Both the position numbers and the translations under genes were made by a program. A DNA stretch of 64,000 bases from Lingula anatina. Its lineage: Eukaryota; Animalia; Brachiopoda. Below, in pieces: positions 38,738-50,866 of the stretch. The stretch is from contig JBPQGU010000016.1 of assembly GCA_051362555.1 (NCBI GenBank), positions 1,860,001 to 1,924,000 on the forward strand, written 5' to 3'. The notes beneath the pieces are model-generated. The model did no database searches. It was given only the letters and a program-made list of their open reading frames with translations, and was not told the origin of the DNA. The first letter of the stretch is position 1, and each line of letters starts with the position of its first letter.

Positions 38738-38910
38738 GCTAGGGTTCGGGAGTGTGACATTTACAAATCCCGGTGCGACGGGACGTCTTGGGCCGACTTC
38801 AGTTGGTAAACATCACGACGGTCAAGACCATCAGGGCAAGGTGACCTTGGTGAACGGGACACAGTTCTTTACCATCCCTGTCCCCGGTCTCTACTGGATA
38901 CGTGCTGCTG
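38738..38910 (+). pseudogene. Orphan exon encoding the start of an ALK/LTK-type glycine-rich domain
   Basis: ttttgtag acceptor, then LGFGSVTFTNPGATGRLGPT..HQGKVTLVNGTQFFTIPVPGLYWIRAAG, matching the FTxxGAxGRxGP..GxQxWxVPxxGxYxIxAxG pattern; no continuing exons were found. Confidence 0.6.
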
Positions 38911-39750
38911 GTAGACTAGTAATTTGGGTAAGATTAAATTTTAAATTAAAGAGGTTTTATGTACTCATACGTATATTTATAATAATAATAATAATAATAA
39001 TCATCATCAGTCTACCTGCAGGGGCCAATAATGTAACTACTGCAGCCGCGGCGCCGTTGCGGCTGGGGCGTTCAATTTAGATGCAGGTTAATTAAAACGG
39101 ATCGTGAACACAGGCTAAGATAATAGACAAAACAAACGCAAACACCGACTACTCGGTCGATTGGATGAGCTCGTTGTTGGACAGCCGTTGATTTGTCGCA
39201 ACGGCATTATAATGCTGTTAATATATGATGTCCTTTGTCTTCCTGTACTTTTCCGAGCTTATACTCATTATCTACGAACAGGTGAATGTAAAAACAATTT
39301 TTACACTGGTTACCCTAAGTTTAACATACAATTACTTGCTCTACTGATCTGATAATAATTTACTTATTTCTTCACATTTTTGGAGGCTTAATTTATACTC
39401 AATTAACTTTTCAACATTAGTTTACATACGCAGAATTAAAGCAAGTGGATTATACTTACTAAGGTCAGACTTCTAACTTACCTTAGTTGAACATTTTTTA
39501 TTAGATATCGTGCGGGTAGTCACTACATGTAAGAGAGCATTCAAAACAGCTGATCCTTGGACTTAATATGGCTGACCATGTTAAAAGCGATACTGCTAAT
39601 CCCCTAATGGACCCCCCGCCTCCCCACGCGCCATTGCTGCAGGGGCGTAGCAATTAAGGCGGGGAGACCATCAGCGAATCAAGCAGCTTGCTTTAAAGCG
39701 GGGTCGGCCATGTTTAGTCGGCGGATCAGTTAGTCCGCAGAACATCTGTT

Positions 39751-40633
39751 CTAAGTGCGTTTTAAGTTGGTTGTGCTACAACTGAATAACCCTTTGAACT
39801 GTGATCTGAATTGTGAACCACTAATCAAAAATATCAGTAAATTGAAAGCATGGTATGACAGCTCAGCAATTCTACTTACATAATGGAGATAGAGCAAAGA
39901 CCAATCAGTGGAACCCGCCGATACATATGCCGTTTCAACCATGTTAACGAACGCTGTCGTACACATAATTAGAAAACAAAGAGACGAAGCCAACAAAGAA
40001 AAAGTGCTAATTATTTCTTTTGCCTTTTTCTCACCCCCTCTTCCAGATGTGAGTTCTTTTCGAATTTTCCTTTGAGCCCAGATGAAATGAATTATCTTTG
40101 TGTTCATTCCGATAATGGTGAGTAACATCATGGCTCTTCCGGTGATGCGTATTGTTGTTACAATCCCTAAGCGCCTTTGCCAGTCCTTGTATTCATATGC
40201 GGCTAACGCACACGGGGCGTCGGTGTAGATTAAGCTTGCAAAGGCCACCGCTCCACAAGCTACTGTTGCGGCAAAAATCATCTGCAAAAATGAAAGAATT
40301 TTCAGCTTCAGAAATTGGTTCATAATATAATAAAAGTTATAGTAGCATTATGTGAGCTGGTAGATATATCTAAATCAGTAAAATCATAGTCTGAGGGTTG
40401 AGGCCGTGCATTGTGAAAAGAAAATAATTAATTAACTTACACTGTTGGTCAAAAAGTTTTCCCAACTTCAATTACATGTGCTTTTGCTTACAAATGAGCA
40501 CCTCAGAGCTGTCAATCGTTTCAGACATAGCTTTTTATTCCAGATATCATATTTAACATGACTGATGGTAGGCCTACATACTGGTACTCCAAAAAGAGAC
40601 TTTATTATAAAACACACTAATTTAACTAAACGC

Positions 40634-40688
<55 letters not shown>

Positions 40689-42242
40689 CTGGCACCCAAA
40701 AAGGGTTAGACGGATTCATAGACAAACTGGCGCCTTCAGATAAAATTACTAAATGAAAAAGCTAAGATATCATTCCTGGTATATACTTACCGCTTTGAAA
40801 AAAGTCTTTCTGGCGCATATGAAACTGGTCTTGAACGGAAAACAGACAAAAAGAAACCTGTCAAGTGTTATGACGAAGATGACAACTGCGGCCCAGTCTG
40901 ATGTGAAAATTTCAGAAATGGCTACCAAGTTGCAGAAGACAACTCTTACCCGGGAAAAACTATCTCCCTGGTTCGAATTGCTCACTATCGCCAGCACTAA
41001 CTCACTCAACGCCCGAAGACAGTGTGCTATACCAAGAGTGCAAGTCAAGAAGGTCTTGGTTTCTGATCTACCTCTGAGTCTCCTGTCACCGATCAGAACA
41101 ACAACAACGAGAAGAATGTTGCTGGAAAGGGACAGGGGGAAAAGAGCATAAACAGTGTATATGTATATATTAAGCATCCTGTCTAATTTTTCTTGGTCCC
41201 AATGGAATCTCTTGATCAACCAGCTGATGCATTCTAGTGGGTTGTTTTTTACTACCATTTCCAGGGCACGTGGTTTGATTTTATCCACGTCCATTGGACA
41301 TAGGCGCTTTGCTAATTCCTGCGTATTATTTAAAATTTCCACCGGAACTTCATCCAGTCGGAAAGGACAAAAAAGAACTTCGTTGCGATTTATACCAAAA
41401 TCATTTGATAAATCCTGAATATCTTGTCGGATGCAAATATACAGTTCATTAGTTGTCTTTTCATCTCCTAGTTTATTTCTGGCCAAACATTGTTCTTTGT
41501 TCACCTCGTGTAGCACAGTAGCCGCAAAAAGCTCCTCTGACAGCTCGACTATCCCGCAGTATTCAGAATATGTGCTGTCAGAGAACCAAAAGTCAGCCAA
41601 TCGAAAACTGTCTGTCATTCCGCTTGAAACCCTCGGTGAGCAATAGAAATACCTGTCTTTGATAGCGGTTTTCAAATCTGATGAAGAAAAATCTTGATTA
41701 ACATGAACTTCTTGGATTTGTGGCGATGCTTTGATGCACACATGCGTGCTTTCGGTGGATGTGCCCGTAGCTGTAAAGTTTTCACTTTGAGTAAGGTTAT
41801 GGTGATTATATGAAGTATTTTTCTTCTCATTGTCGGTTTCGTAGACGATTTGAGACATGCGCTCCAGGCCATCTTGTATCAAACCGTCGACCGTTTTCCT
41901 AAAGTCAACAAATGTACTTCTTTTTGCGCTGTTCGTCAGCTGAGTGCAATTTTCTTGTTCAACGCCCATTAAGACGACAGTCCTGCGCCTCGTGTCCAAC
42001 ATATTGGTGAAATCAAAGAGACACGATGAGTCCATCGTTTTCAGGGCGACTTCTATAACGTCGATTGGCATTCCTAGTGTTGCAGTCAGCTGGTCGTACA
42101 ATTGCCTCGTAAGGTTGAGGTGACAAGCGGAGAGGACTTGAATTTTTCCCACTCGTCGCGAAATAGGATTTTCACCAAACAGATTGTGAATTTGAAACAA
42201 TGACAGTTGCATAATGCAAATGGGAATAATGTAAAACACCAT
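39751..42242 (-). CDS. Class A (rhodopsin-like, peptide-receptor-like) GPCR with ~360-aa Cys-rich N-terminal ectodomain, ~660 aa
   Basis: Exons 42242-40791 (gtaagt donor) and 40281-39751, phase 0. Signal-like MVFYIIPICIMQLSLFQIHNLFG; seven hydrophobic helices; TM1 SNILL, TM3 C..ITLDRFLFVCFPFK, TM7 YHAFNLLIFLISGSQFR. Alternative start at 42332. Confidence 0.85.
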
Positions 42243-42798
42243 GACTTTGACTTGGCGTTCGATGTAACAGTAGTTTCCAATGCAATAAATAAAATAATAT
42301 GCGAATCGTGCCTTATTTATATGGCATGACATGAATTAATGTAAGGATGCCTGTCATTGGGAAATACTATCAGCCACTCATAAGCCTCAAGACAAAAAGA
42401 TTCATATGCATGATGATAAACATGAACATTCCTTTTGTCTTTCCCATGATTAAATGTTTGGGTACAAGTTAATCTATTTAATAATAATAATAATAATAAT
42501 AATAATGATAATAATAATAATAATAATGAAGATGATGATGTACATGTAAGTCTTGAAAACGAGCTACACATACACAAATCTAATGGCACTGAGGTGACTA
42601 AATGGCTCAAAGTCTTTAGTATCTGTTTGCTTTGATATAATCAACAATGGGTTAAATGCATGTTTGTGACTTACTGCCTTATCTGAGCTTCTTATTCCCA
42701 TTCACTGCAACTGTTATCGAAATATCTTTCTAATTCAATTTATCCAGTTAAAAAATCACGGAAAAGAAATTATAGCAATCCCTAAAACATTTTTTTAA

Positions 42799-43042
42799 CC
42801 TTCAAGTGACCGTGTGGGGTCATTAACGACCCCAGCCATATGATTTAATGTGCCATCTCTTTTTATTTTTTATCTGAACTTTTTATTCCTAGTATGAGTT
42901 TGTCAGTCTACTAATCTTACACACTTTCACAGTTTTTTTTGCAATCAACCAATTAGTGTGGCGTATACATCACAAACTCTTGTGGGGTCAATTATGACCC
43001 CGAAGAGAAGCATTTCAGTCAGTAAAATAGCTTGGTCGAGGG
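42799..43042. mobile_element. piggyBac-like non-autonomous element
   Basis: TTAA|CCTTC...GAGGG|TTAA with subterminal ggggtca....gacccc palindromes at both ends. Confidence 0.55.
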
Positions 43043-43342
43043 TTAAGAGCAGTATATCAAAATATTCTGAACAAAATTTGGTTCTTAAATGGTTATTTCG
43101 TCAGAGTAAAAAGGTCAGTGTGGTGTCTTACCAAATATCACAGGTCGTTATTGCCACCATAACGATCAGAGTCCATTTGAACGGTTGATCGAACAGCACA
43201 TGCTGCACTTTGCTCAAGCACATTTGGCTACTGCCTCTGTTACAGCCGTCGCTGGACATTATCCCAGCTGTACCTGTGAAATGAAAACACACATGCATGT
43301 GTACGATTCTCTACTGTTTTCGAGTTTTTAATTTTCATTGTC

Positions 43343-43465
43343 TATACATACCCAGGGATGTTGTGTGGCCATGGCGGTATGCCGATCACTGAAGCCAGAT
43401 AGGGTCACTTTATTCGGTTTTAAGGGTATTTTAGGATGAAAAGATAGCATTATTTCTCGGTATGT
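43343..43465 (-). mobile_element. Internally deleted copy of the 28150-29525 element
   Basis: Reverse complement of 29466-29520 joined directly to reverse complement of 28262-28332. Confidence 0.65.
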
Positions 43466-43539
43466 ACATGTATGTTGAATAGCTAACACGATTTTAGAAA
43501 AGACAACAAGGGACAAGAGTACAGAAAAAAAAAGTTCCC

Positions 43540-45310
43540 AAACACACCGTTTTTATAGAAATCTCAATTAAGTGAATTCTTTTTGAAGCACCTTTTTCAC
43601 GTTTGGTTTGATGTAGAGACGAGGCGGAGTTGGAAAAGCGTGCCGACGAGATTGATGAACTCCTTGGCACCATAATCGGGTAAATGTTAAAAGGCCTACC
43701 CATTGAAACATTTAATCCAAATAAAAAATGTCTTGTTTCTGATTATCGTCATGTAGTCTTAAAAATTAAGATTTTAATGATTTTATTTGAACTCTGTGTT
43801 AAAACAATTACCATGTCATATCGTACAAGTTTATGCTGTGAGGGCGGGTAGGGGGATGGCGAGGGGGTTAGCTGTGAGGGCGGGTAGGGGGATGGCGAGG
43901 GGGTTAGCTGTGAGGGGAGAAGAAGGGGGTTATGGAGGGGAGAAAAAGGGGAGGGGCGGGAAGAAGGGCGGTAAGTATAGTAGGAGGGATGAGGGCGATG
44001 GAAGGGAGATGAGTGGTATTTCACTCATAAGTAGATCCTGGTTTAAGAAACTGAGGATCTGTGTTACCTGGAATCCGCCCTCATTAGGTTCATATACAAA
44101 TTTCGATTCTATCGACGATTCCGGTGCACAATAACTACTGTAGCCTCATTCTAGATTTTGATTCACTTACGTCGCTAGTCTCTTTCACAGGGAGATTTTC
44201 CTGGTAACAGATCTGAATACAGGGAGCTCCTCCTGGTAGCGACTCTGTATCACAGCTGCTCCCCCTAATAACGACTTTGTATTACAGGTGCCCTGGTTAC
44301 ACCTGTCCTAGATTTCGACTCAATAACGTTACTCTAACTCTTATCTATTTGAAACTTATGGAGGGAGGATTCAGTGTTACAGGGTCCTACATTATTTTAA
44401 TTTCTATTAGACGTAATGCATAGAAAACACCATTCACGATAATATTGATTATCACCCAATTTGCTCCGCTGAAAAATCAAATTCCAAAAGCTTTTTGGAG
44501 ATGAATTTATTTATTAATTTCCTGTGCTGCACCAAGTCACAAATGTTGCTACAAAATTGAAGTTTTTTTTTAGCCCCGACTTTGACGCTACTCTGGAAGG
44601 GACACTGCACCTTGTCCAAGAGGCTGGATTAGTGAATGCTTTCCCTAGACAATTTGCTGTGGACGAGGACTCGCTTCTGGACGGGCTTTGGAAAAGGCTA
44701 TCGATGACAGTGGTTATGCTTTTGACGGAACCTTTAGGTAAATCTTTTGTATTTGGTAAATGAATGGTCTGGTTTTGCTTTTATTTAAAGGATATCAATG
44801 ATATTTTAATACAGCGAAATATATATATATTTTTTTGTCTTATGTGTAATGATGATAAAAGGCACATCGCTTAATCAGTTTATAGCTTCAACACAGGCTG
44901 CTTTTATTGTGTTGCATAGTAGTTGTCCTAAAATTATTTTACAGACATATTCCAACAAACACATGATCCAAAATCAAGCAATTTCCCTTTTATCATGCGA
45001 TTGGCTACGTTTCCAGAAATATGAAATTCGCAAAGGGAAAATTTACCTCATGAAAAAAGTATCATACATGATAAAGCCATTGTCTTTCCAAGAATTTTCT
45101 TCACGTCAGCCAAAAAATGACTATTTTTTATGAAAGTATACAGGTCTTAAAGTTCTATTAACTTTGAGCGCGTTTGTTTTATCATGATCGACTATACATT
45201 TGTATTAAACGCACCAGTTTGACACATTACTACTTAGGAGCGTATCACATACGCAGTTGAACCATTTTGTGAATATGATGGGCACAGAAAGAGAAATAAA
45301 AAATAGTTTT
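43540..45310 (+). pseudogene. Pseudogene copy 3 of the EExxH family
   Basis: Exon 3 intact (43617-43679). Exon 4 (~44472-44737) has a mutated acceptor (ccgctg), an insertion replacing coding sequence, EE changed to EG, and a frameshift. Exon 5 is deleted except its last bases (~45150). Exons 1-2 are missing. Confidence 0.85.
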
Positions 45311-47442
45311 AAAAACGCCTAGGTGCCTGCGTGATCATGACCTACTCAAGTCTTGAATCAGGTAGAATTGATCATTTATCTGGGCCAATATGTTAGTTAT
45401 TGTTCACTGTTCGCCTGGGTACTCGCTAGGGTGCTAGCTAGGGGTGAATTTATTTATTAATTTCCTGTGCTGCACCAAGTCACAAATGTTGCTACAAAAT
45501 TGAAGTTTTTTTTTTTTTTTTTTCTTTTTATCTCATTATTGTATTGCAGATCTCTATAGTCGCCAAACATATGTTATAAACTCGTTTACATCCTGTACTT
45601 GAGTGGCTGCTTTCAAACATCGGTTTCACTTCTTGGTACACATGCGGACATATGCTACTTGTATACCTTTATGGATTGAAAGTATTTCTTGCAGGTTGTT
45701 TCAATAATTCGACAGCACCTGCGCATAAAAATTATGGAATTTTGCATACAAAGAGCAGATGTTATGGTGCGTAAACTGAGCTGTGCGCTACATCATTGTT
45801 GCTCTGCGCCAGAATGGTGTACAGAATGAGTGTCAGAGCAACGTAAAAGCTACATGTAGCTTGTTAAATATACCTTGTGATGGAGTCGCTTGTACTAGCT
45901 CTGACGAACAGCGACAATCTGAGGGCGTTCTTCTTCAAAATTTTGCCTGGGGCGCTTCCATATTTGGAAGTCACACGTCACAGCTGTGTCCGCCTGGATC
46001 CATATTTGGAAGTCATAAGTCTCGTACGTCACAGGTTCAGCCGCCTGGAGCTGCCTTTCCCGCCTTGCGCTGAAGTTATCTCGTGCAGACGAGACAAGAT
46101 GCCTGAAGTTTGAATTGAAAATATATTGCAGTCGAAGGTCAGTGCCACAATACAAGCAACATTCTGCTTTACAAACTGATTTTGGTGTAGCCATTGCGCA
46201 GCCCTTATAGTGGTATCATACAGTGTAGCTGTCAAATTTGGCACACGGCAAGCACGTGTATTGTGCACGGGTATATCTCAGGACTTAATGTTCTTTGATT
46301 AGCGAAAAATACAAAAACATTGGATATATCTTTTCTTTTCGAAGAATGTTATTTTATTTATTCACTTTACATCTTAAATACAGCAAATAAAATTAAATAA
46401 AGCAGAATTAAATCTGTTTTACGTTTCATTTTGGTCTGATGACATTCAACTGCAGATTCACTGCGGAGCAGTTCTATTTGATTGACGGAAGTGTAACATG
46501 GCTGCTGTTCGCTAGAGCCGGTATTGCTGATATGGGTTATATATGAAATCAAGATCGAGCTGGCAATACCGGAATCTAGAACCTAGGGTTGAATGGTGCA
46601 AAACAGATACACATTGCCAGGTAGATTATTCTGTCGCAACGAACGCCCCGCGCAGTGCTAAGGATGTATGCCCAGCCTGAATTAATGAGGGGCAAATTGT
46701 CACAAAGACGCGCTTTTCAAGATCCAATGTTGTCAATGTTTAAGCAGGTTACAGTATTTTAGAATAATTGCGATAACCACCACTTTGGTAGTAAAATCAT
46801 ATTTATTATTTGTAATTCCTTAAAATTGGGGTTGGGGTGGGGTCCTTTTGGTGCTCAAGTAAAGGAGAAATGGTAAAATGGCATCGGTAAATGCAAAGGC
46901 ATTTAATAAGTGTACTCTGACAATTCATTTATTTTCAAAACCATACATAAAGACAATAATTTTGGAGTTTTAATATAACACTGTCCTCCGTGTCTTATTC
47001 ATTGATATAATGGACACATAGCATTGATCTGTGTCATGATAAATGGACGAATGCACGAAAAAGAGCACAGTGCAAAAGCTTTTTTTAGATAAACCACTCC
47101 TCGCGAAACTTTATTTGCTAATACAGCAGATAATTTTATTTGACTTATTTCGCTTGTACTTTGCGATAATCTCCGCGATTCATCTATACCCTCGTGCGTG
47201 TTGTGATTCTGCACGCGAAATGATTGAGCCGAACAGATTGTTTGGTCAAAATTCCCTTTCATTAAGATGTTTATGAACAATGGGTGCATTATTGATGCCA
47301 ACGATCATACACATGACACCTAAAATGCTCAGCAGATATTATTTTGATACTAAGGAAGTGAACAAAACGGTCCCAAAGAAGCTAATCTTTGCAACATTGT
47401 AAAGAGCGATCGGCGGTTAACATACGTTATTTTGCAAAGGAG

Positions 47443-48829
47443 ATGATGTTAACACATTTATTACTTTGGAAGAGTGCTCTAATTGCAGTTTCTCTGAGCC
47501 ATGGTGAGTATTCAGTATTTACAGTATTGCATGTATTCACTGGTAAAAAATAGTTTTTTTTTTGCGCATTCAGAACAGCGGATCAAATATCCACTAGAAA
47601 GCTTGCTGCTTATTCCCCATTAGACCCTGAACAGATTTTCCGCAGGATTTTGCAACAATTAAGTTTCAATTGGGTCGGCCATATTTGATATGCGGATCTC
47701 TGAGTCCGCTGTTCTGCACGTGCTCTGTATTGTAAGTCTTGCGTATGTGACGATGGCATTGAATTGTACTTTAATTGCTACGGGGGAAACCATAAAACCT
47801 TAATTTTCTTTCATTTTATTTATTTACTACTTCCCATGTGGTTCCCGCGCCGCTTTCTTTCCCTTTCTCTGTACTTCTTTCAATCTGTTTACGTTACATG
47901 CCTCTCTTTAAGTACTGCATGTTGTGAGAACATATGCCAATCAACTCTACCGAAAATTTACTCATCATGCCAATTGCCAATATAATGTTGGGAATGTCAT
48001 CGTCATGTTTGATTTAGGACTAAAACTATAGTAGAAATACTGTAAAAACTGCTTACTGTAGAGCGGCATTTACAAATAAAGAGACCTAACATGACTCTTC
48101 TTTTTTTCCATCAGGTGAAAGGACAGCTGAGAAGACGGCGGCAGCAACCATGGTAAAAGCAGGGGAGCGCAATTTCCTTACTTTGTTCCCCGATCCAACC
48201 CGTTATTCGTGGCCACTAAGAGCATTTTTCCTCTCAACGAAGTGCAAATCAGGGAAGGAGAATAAATATTGTGTTAACACGAAAAAAACCCTATCAGTAA
48301 AAAAGTCGTTGTCTTCAATCAAGCAAAAATCAAGGAAAAGAAACAAAAAGTGCCTGGACAAGACAATATCGCCTGTACCAGATACCTTACCAGAGCTGAA
48401 GACGTTCTTCGTGAAATATCTCAACGTATTTGGCGTGAATATAGTCGCCACTGCCGGTGTCCCTGATGTTAAGATGATCCATGCTGCCGGAGTGATGGCC
48501 CAGTACCTGGATAACGATGGTGACGGTTGTGTGGATAGTCCAGCTGTGATCAAGAACATGGTGGAGCGTAGATCCACTTTGGTCATGTTCAGGTTTGTGT
48601 TTTCTGTTATTTCAGAGGTGGTTACCTCCACCATTAAAACATGTTGGTGCTAAAAGCTACTTCGGTCACGTATTTTTCTTTTCTTTTCTTGTTTAAATAT
48701 AGTTTTTAATGATTCGTATTTCACACAAGACCCAATGTTTGCTGCAGGTAGTGTATGTAGGTTGTTCGTGGGAATTTCTGTGGTTTGGTATTAAAAACGT
48801 GCGTTGTACAGTAAAATAATTAAAAATCG

Positions 48830-48865
<36 letters not shown>

Positions 48866-50866
48866 TTATTTGCCGCATAAGCTGTTTGTTTAGAAATATC
48901 AATCACGTGTAGCTTTTTGCAGCTTCTTTTTTTTATTTTTATTTTTTTAATCTAGAAATGAGGCGGAGTTGGAAGAGCGTGCCAACGAGATTGGAGAACT
49001 TTTAAACACAATAATCGGGTAAATAGTTTCAGATATACACGTATAGGCATAATCATGAAAACATTCACCAAATAACTTGTACTGCTTCTAATCCCCTATT
49101 TGGCAAGTCTTATGCTGTAACATTTTATCCATGCAGAAAAAAATGCTTCTGATTACTGTAAAGTAGCCTTGATATGTCAGATTAAAATTACTTTCATTTA
49201 ATTCTTTTTTTTTTTAATTATTGCCATGCCATTTAATACATGTTTATGCTGTGAGGGTCGGGAGGGGAGGAGTAGGAGGGGTGGGGGCGGAGGGGGGGTA
49301 ATTCAGCCATAAGTAGACGTTGGGTTACTTGGAAACTTAGGGTCCGAGTTACATCGAATCCGCCATTCATTTGATGCATACAGATTTCGATTCTAAAACG
49401 TCAGTGCATTAAAATCTTGGATGCGAAGACTGTATTACAGGTACACCCCAGGTGACACTCGTACTAGATACCGATTCCCTTATTTCATGCTAACCCTTAG
49501 CTCATTGAATCTATTGGACAGCGGGCTCCTTGCAACGGGGTCCCTCATGTTATTTTAAGAACATTGAAATTATGATAAGACAGTTATATTAAAAAAACAT
49601 TTCGATAAGACATATTAAACACAGAAACTGCCTTTCACGATTATACCTTCATTATCAACTAATTTATTCCGAAGCAAAATCAAATTCCAAGATCTTCTTG
49701 GAGATGAAACTCACTCCCCGGAAGAGGGTAGTCCCGACCCCGACGCGGCACTGGAAGAGACACTGCACCTTGTCCAAGAGGCTGGGTTGGTGAATGCTTT
49801 CCCGGGGCAGTTTGCTGTTGACGAGGACTCACTACTAGACCGGGCTTTGGAAAAAGCTATCAATGACTGTGGCTTTGCCTTTAACGGCACTCTTAGGTAA
49901 ATATTTTGTATTGTATGGATGGATGGTATGTTTTTGCTTGTATTTTTATGACTTCAGTTTTATTTGAATGCTGCAAAATAGATTATTATTGTCTTTGGTG
50001 TTACGATGATAACAAGCAAATTGTTTCTACGAAAAAATGGCGTTTTTTATTACTGATACGTAAGAAGATTTGGCCTTTCATCAAGAGGTCACGATACCGT
50101 GACCAACTATTGTCCTTGAATAAATTATTAACATTGAACACACTGTGTACAGTGTGTAAATCGTGTCGAATTATAGGCGTCATAAATGTGTTGCATGTTG
50201 TCATTTATTTACAGATATTCCAACACATACATGATACAAAATCAAATCAAACTCCCGCATTGTTTAATCAATCGCTTAACAGCAAACTTTCCCGAAATTA
50301 TGTAATTTGCAAAGGGATATTTTTATCTATGAAAATGAAATATCAAATATAATACTCTAAATAATCTGCACGATTAACTAACTTTCATTCAGTAAATGTT
50401 CTTCGGGACAGCCAAAAAATGATTATTTCATATGAAAAACAAAAGTGCAAAGTATAAATGGCTAAAGTATTAGCACATGCACTATCCACTTTACAAACAG
50501 TCATACTATATGGTATTCAAATGCCTCCGTTAAATCATATCGATATGTTGAGCTCTTTTGTATGTTTAAGTAGGACTAGACGTTTTCCATACATATAGGT
50601 ATCCCAACTGTAATGGCGTCTTCCACTATGGTGATGACACGTGTGACTATAAGTGTCTTCTTTCGGAATTGCTATACTGGGGACTCTCGTCCATTCTCGG
50701 CGCACATGGTGGAAAATGTGACGAAATCTCGGATGAGTGGGAGCTGTGCACGAAAGATTTAGTGAAGGAAAAACTGCCAGAACTTTACTCTCTCTTGACA
50801 AGAAGAATTGGAAAGTACAGGTTGCCTAACGTTTTGCCGAACGGAAAGTATCGGAAGTTCTGTTGA
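47443..50866 (+). CDS. Secreted EExxH zincin-like protein, bacterial-like family, copy 4 (~363 aa)
   Basis: Exons 47443-47503, 48115-48592, 48956-49018, 49675-49896, 50599-50866 (total 1092 nt, open). MMLTHLLLWKSALIAVSLSHG; YLDNDGDGCVD; PDAALEETLHLVQEAG; CLLSELLYWGLSSILGAH. Confidence 0.88.
47564..47724. mobile_element. MITE (GAGCATTCAGAACAGCGGA family) in intron 1 of copy 4
   Basis: gcgcattcagaacagcggatcaaatat ... atatttgatatgcggatc..tccgctgttctgcacgtgctc. Confidence 0.6.

Noticed and set aside
45690-46270. GC-richer stretch with several short ORFs and a small internal repeat
   Set aside because: No recognisable domain or consistent exon chain; left unassigned.
15757-50866. Bacterial contamination as the source of the bacterial-like genes
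   Set aside because: The genes have GT-AG introns at shared positions, contain animal transposons, and are interleaved with ENaC and GPCR genes.
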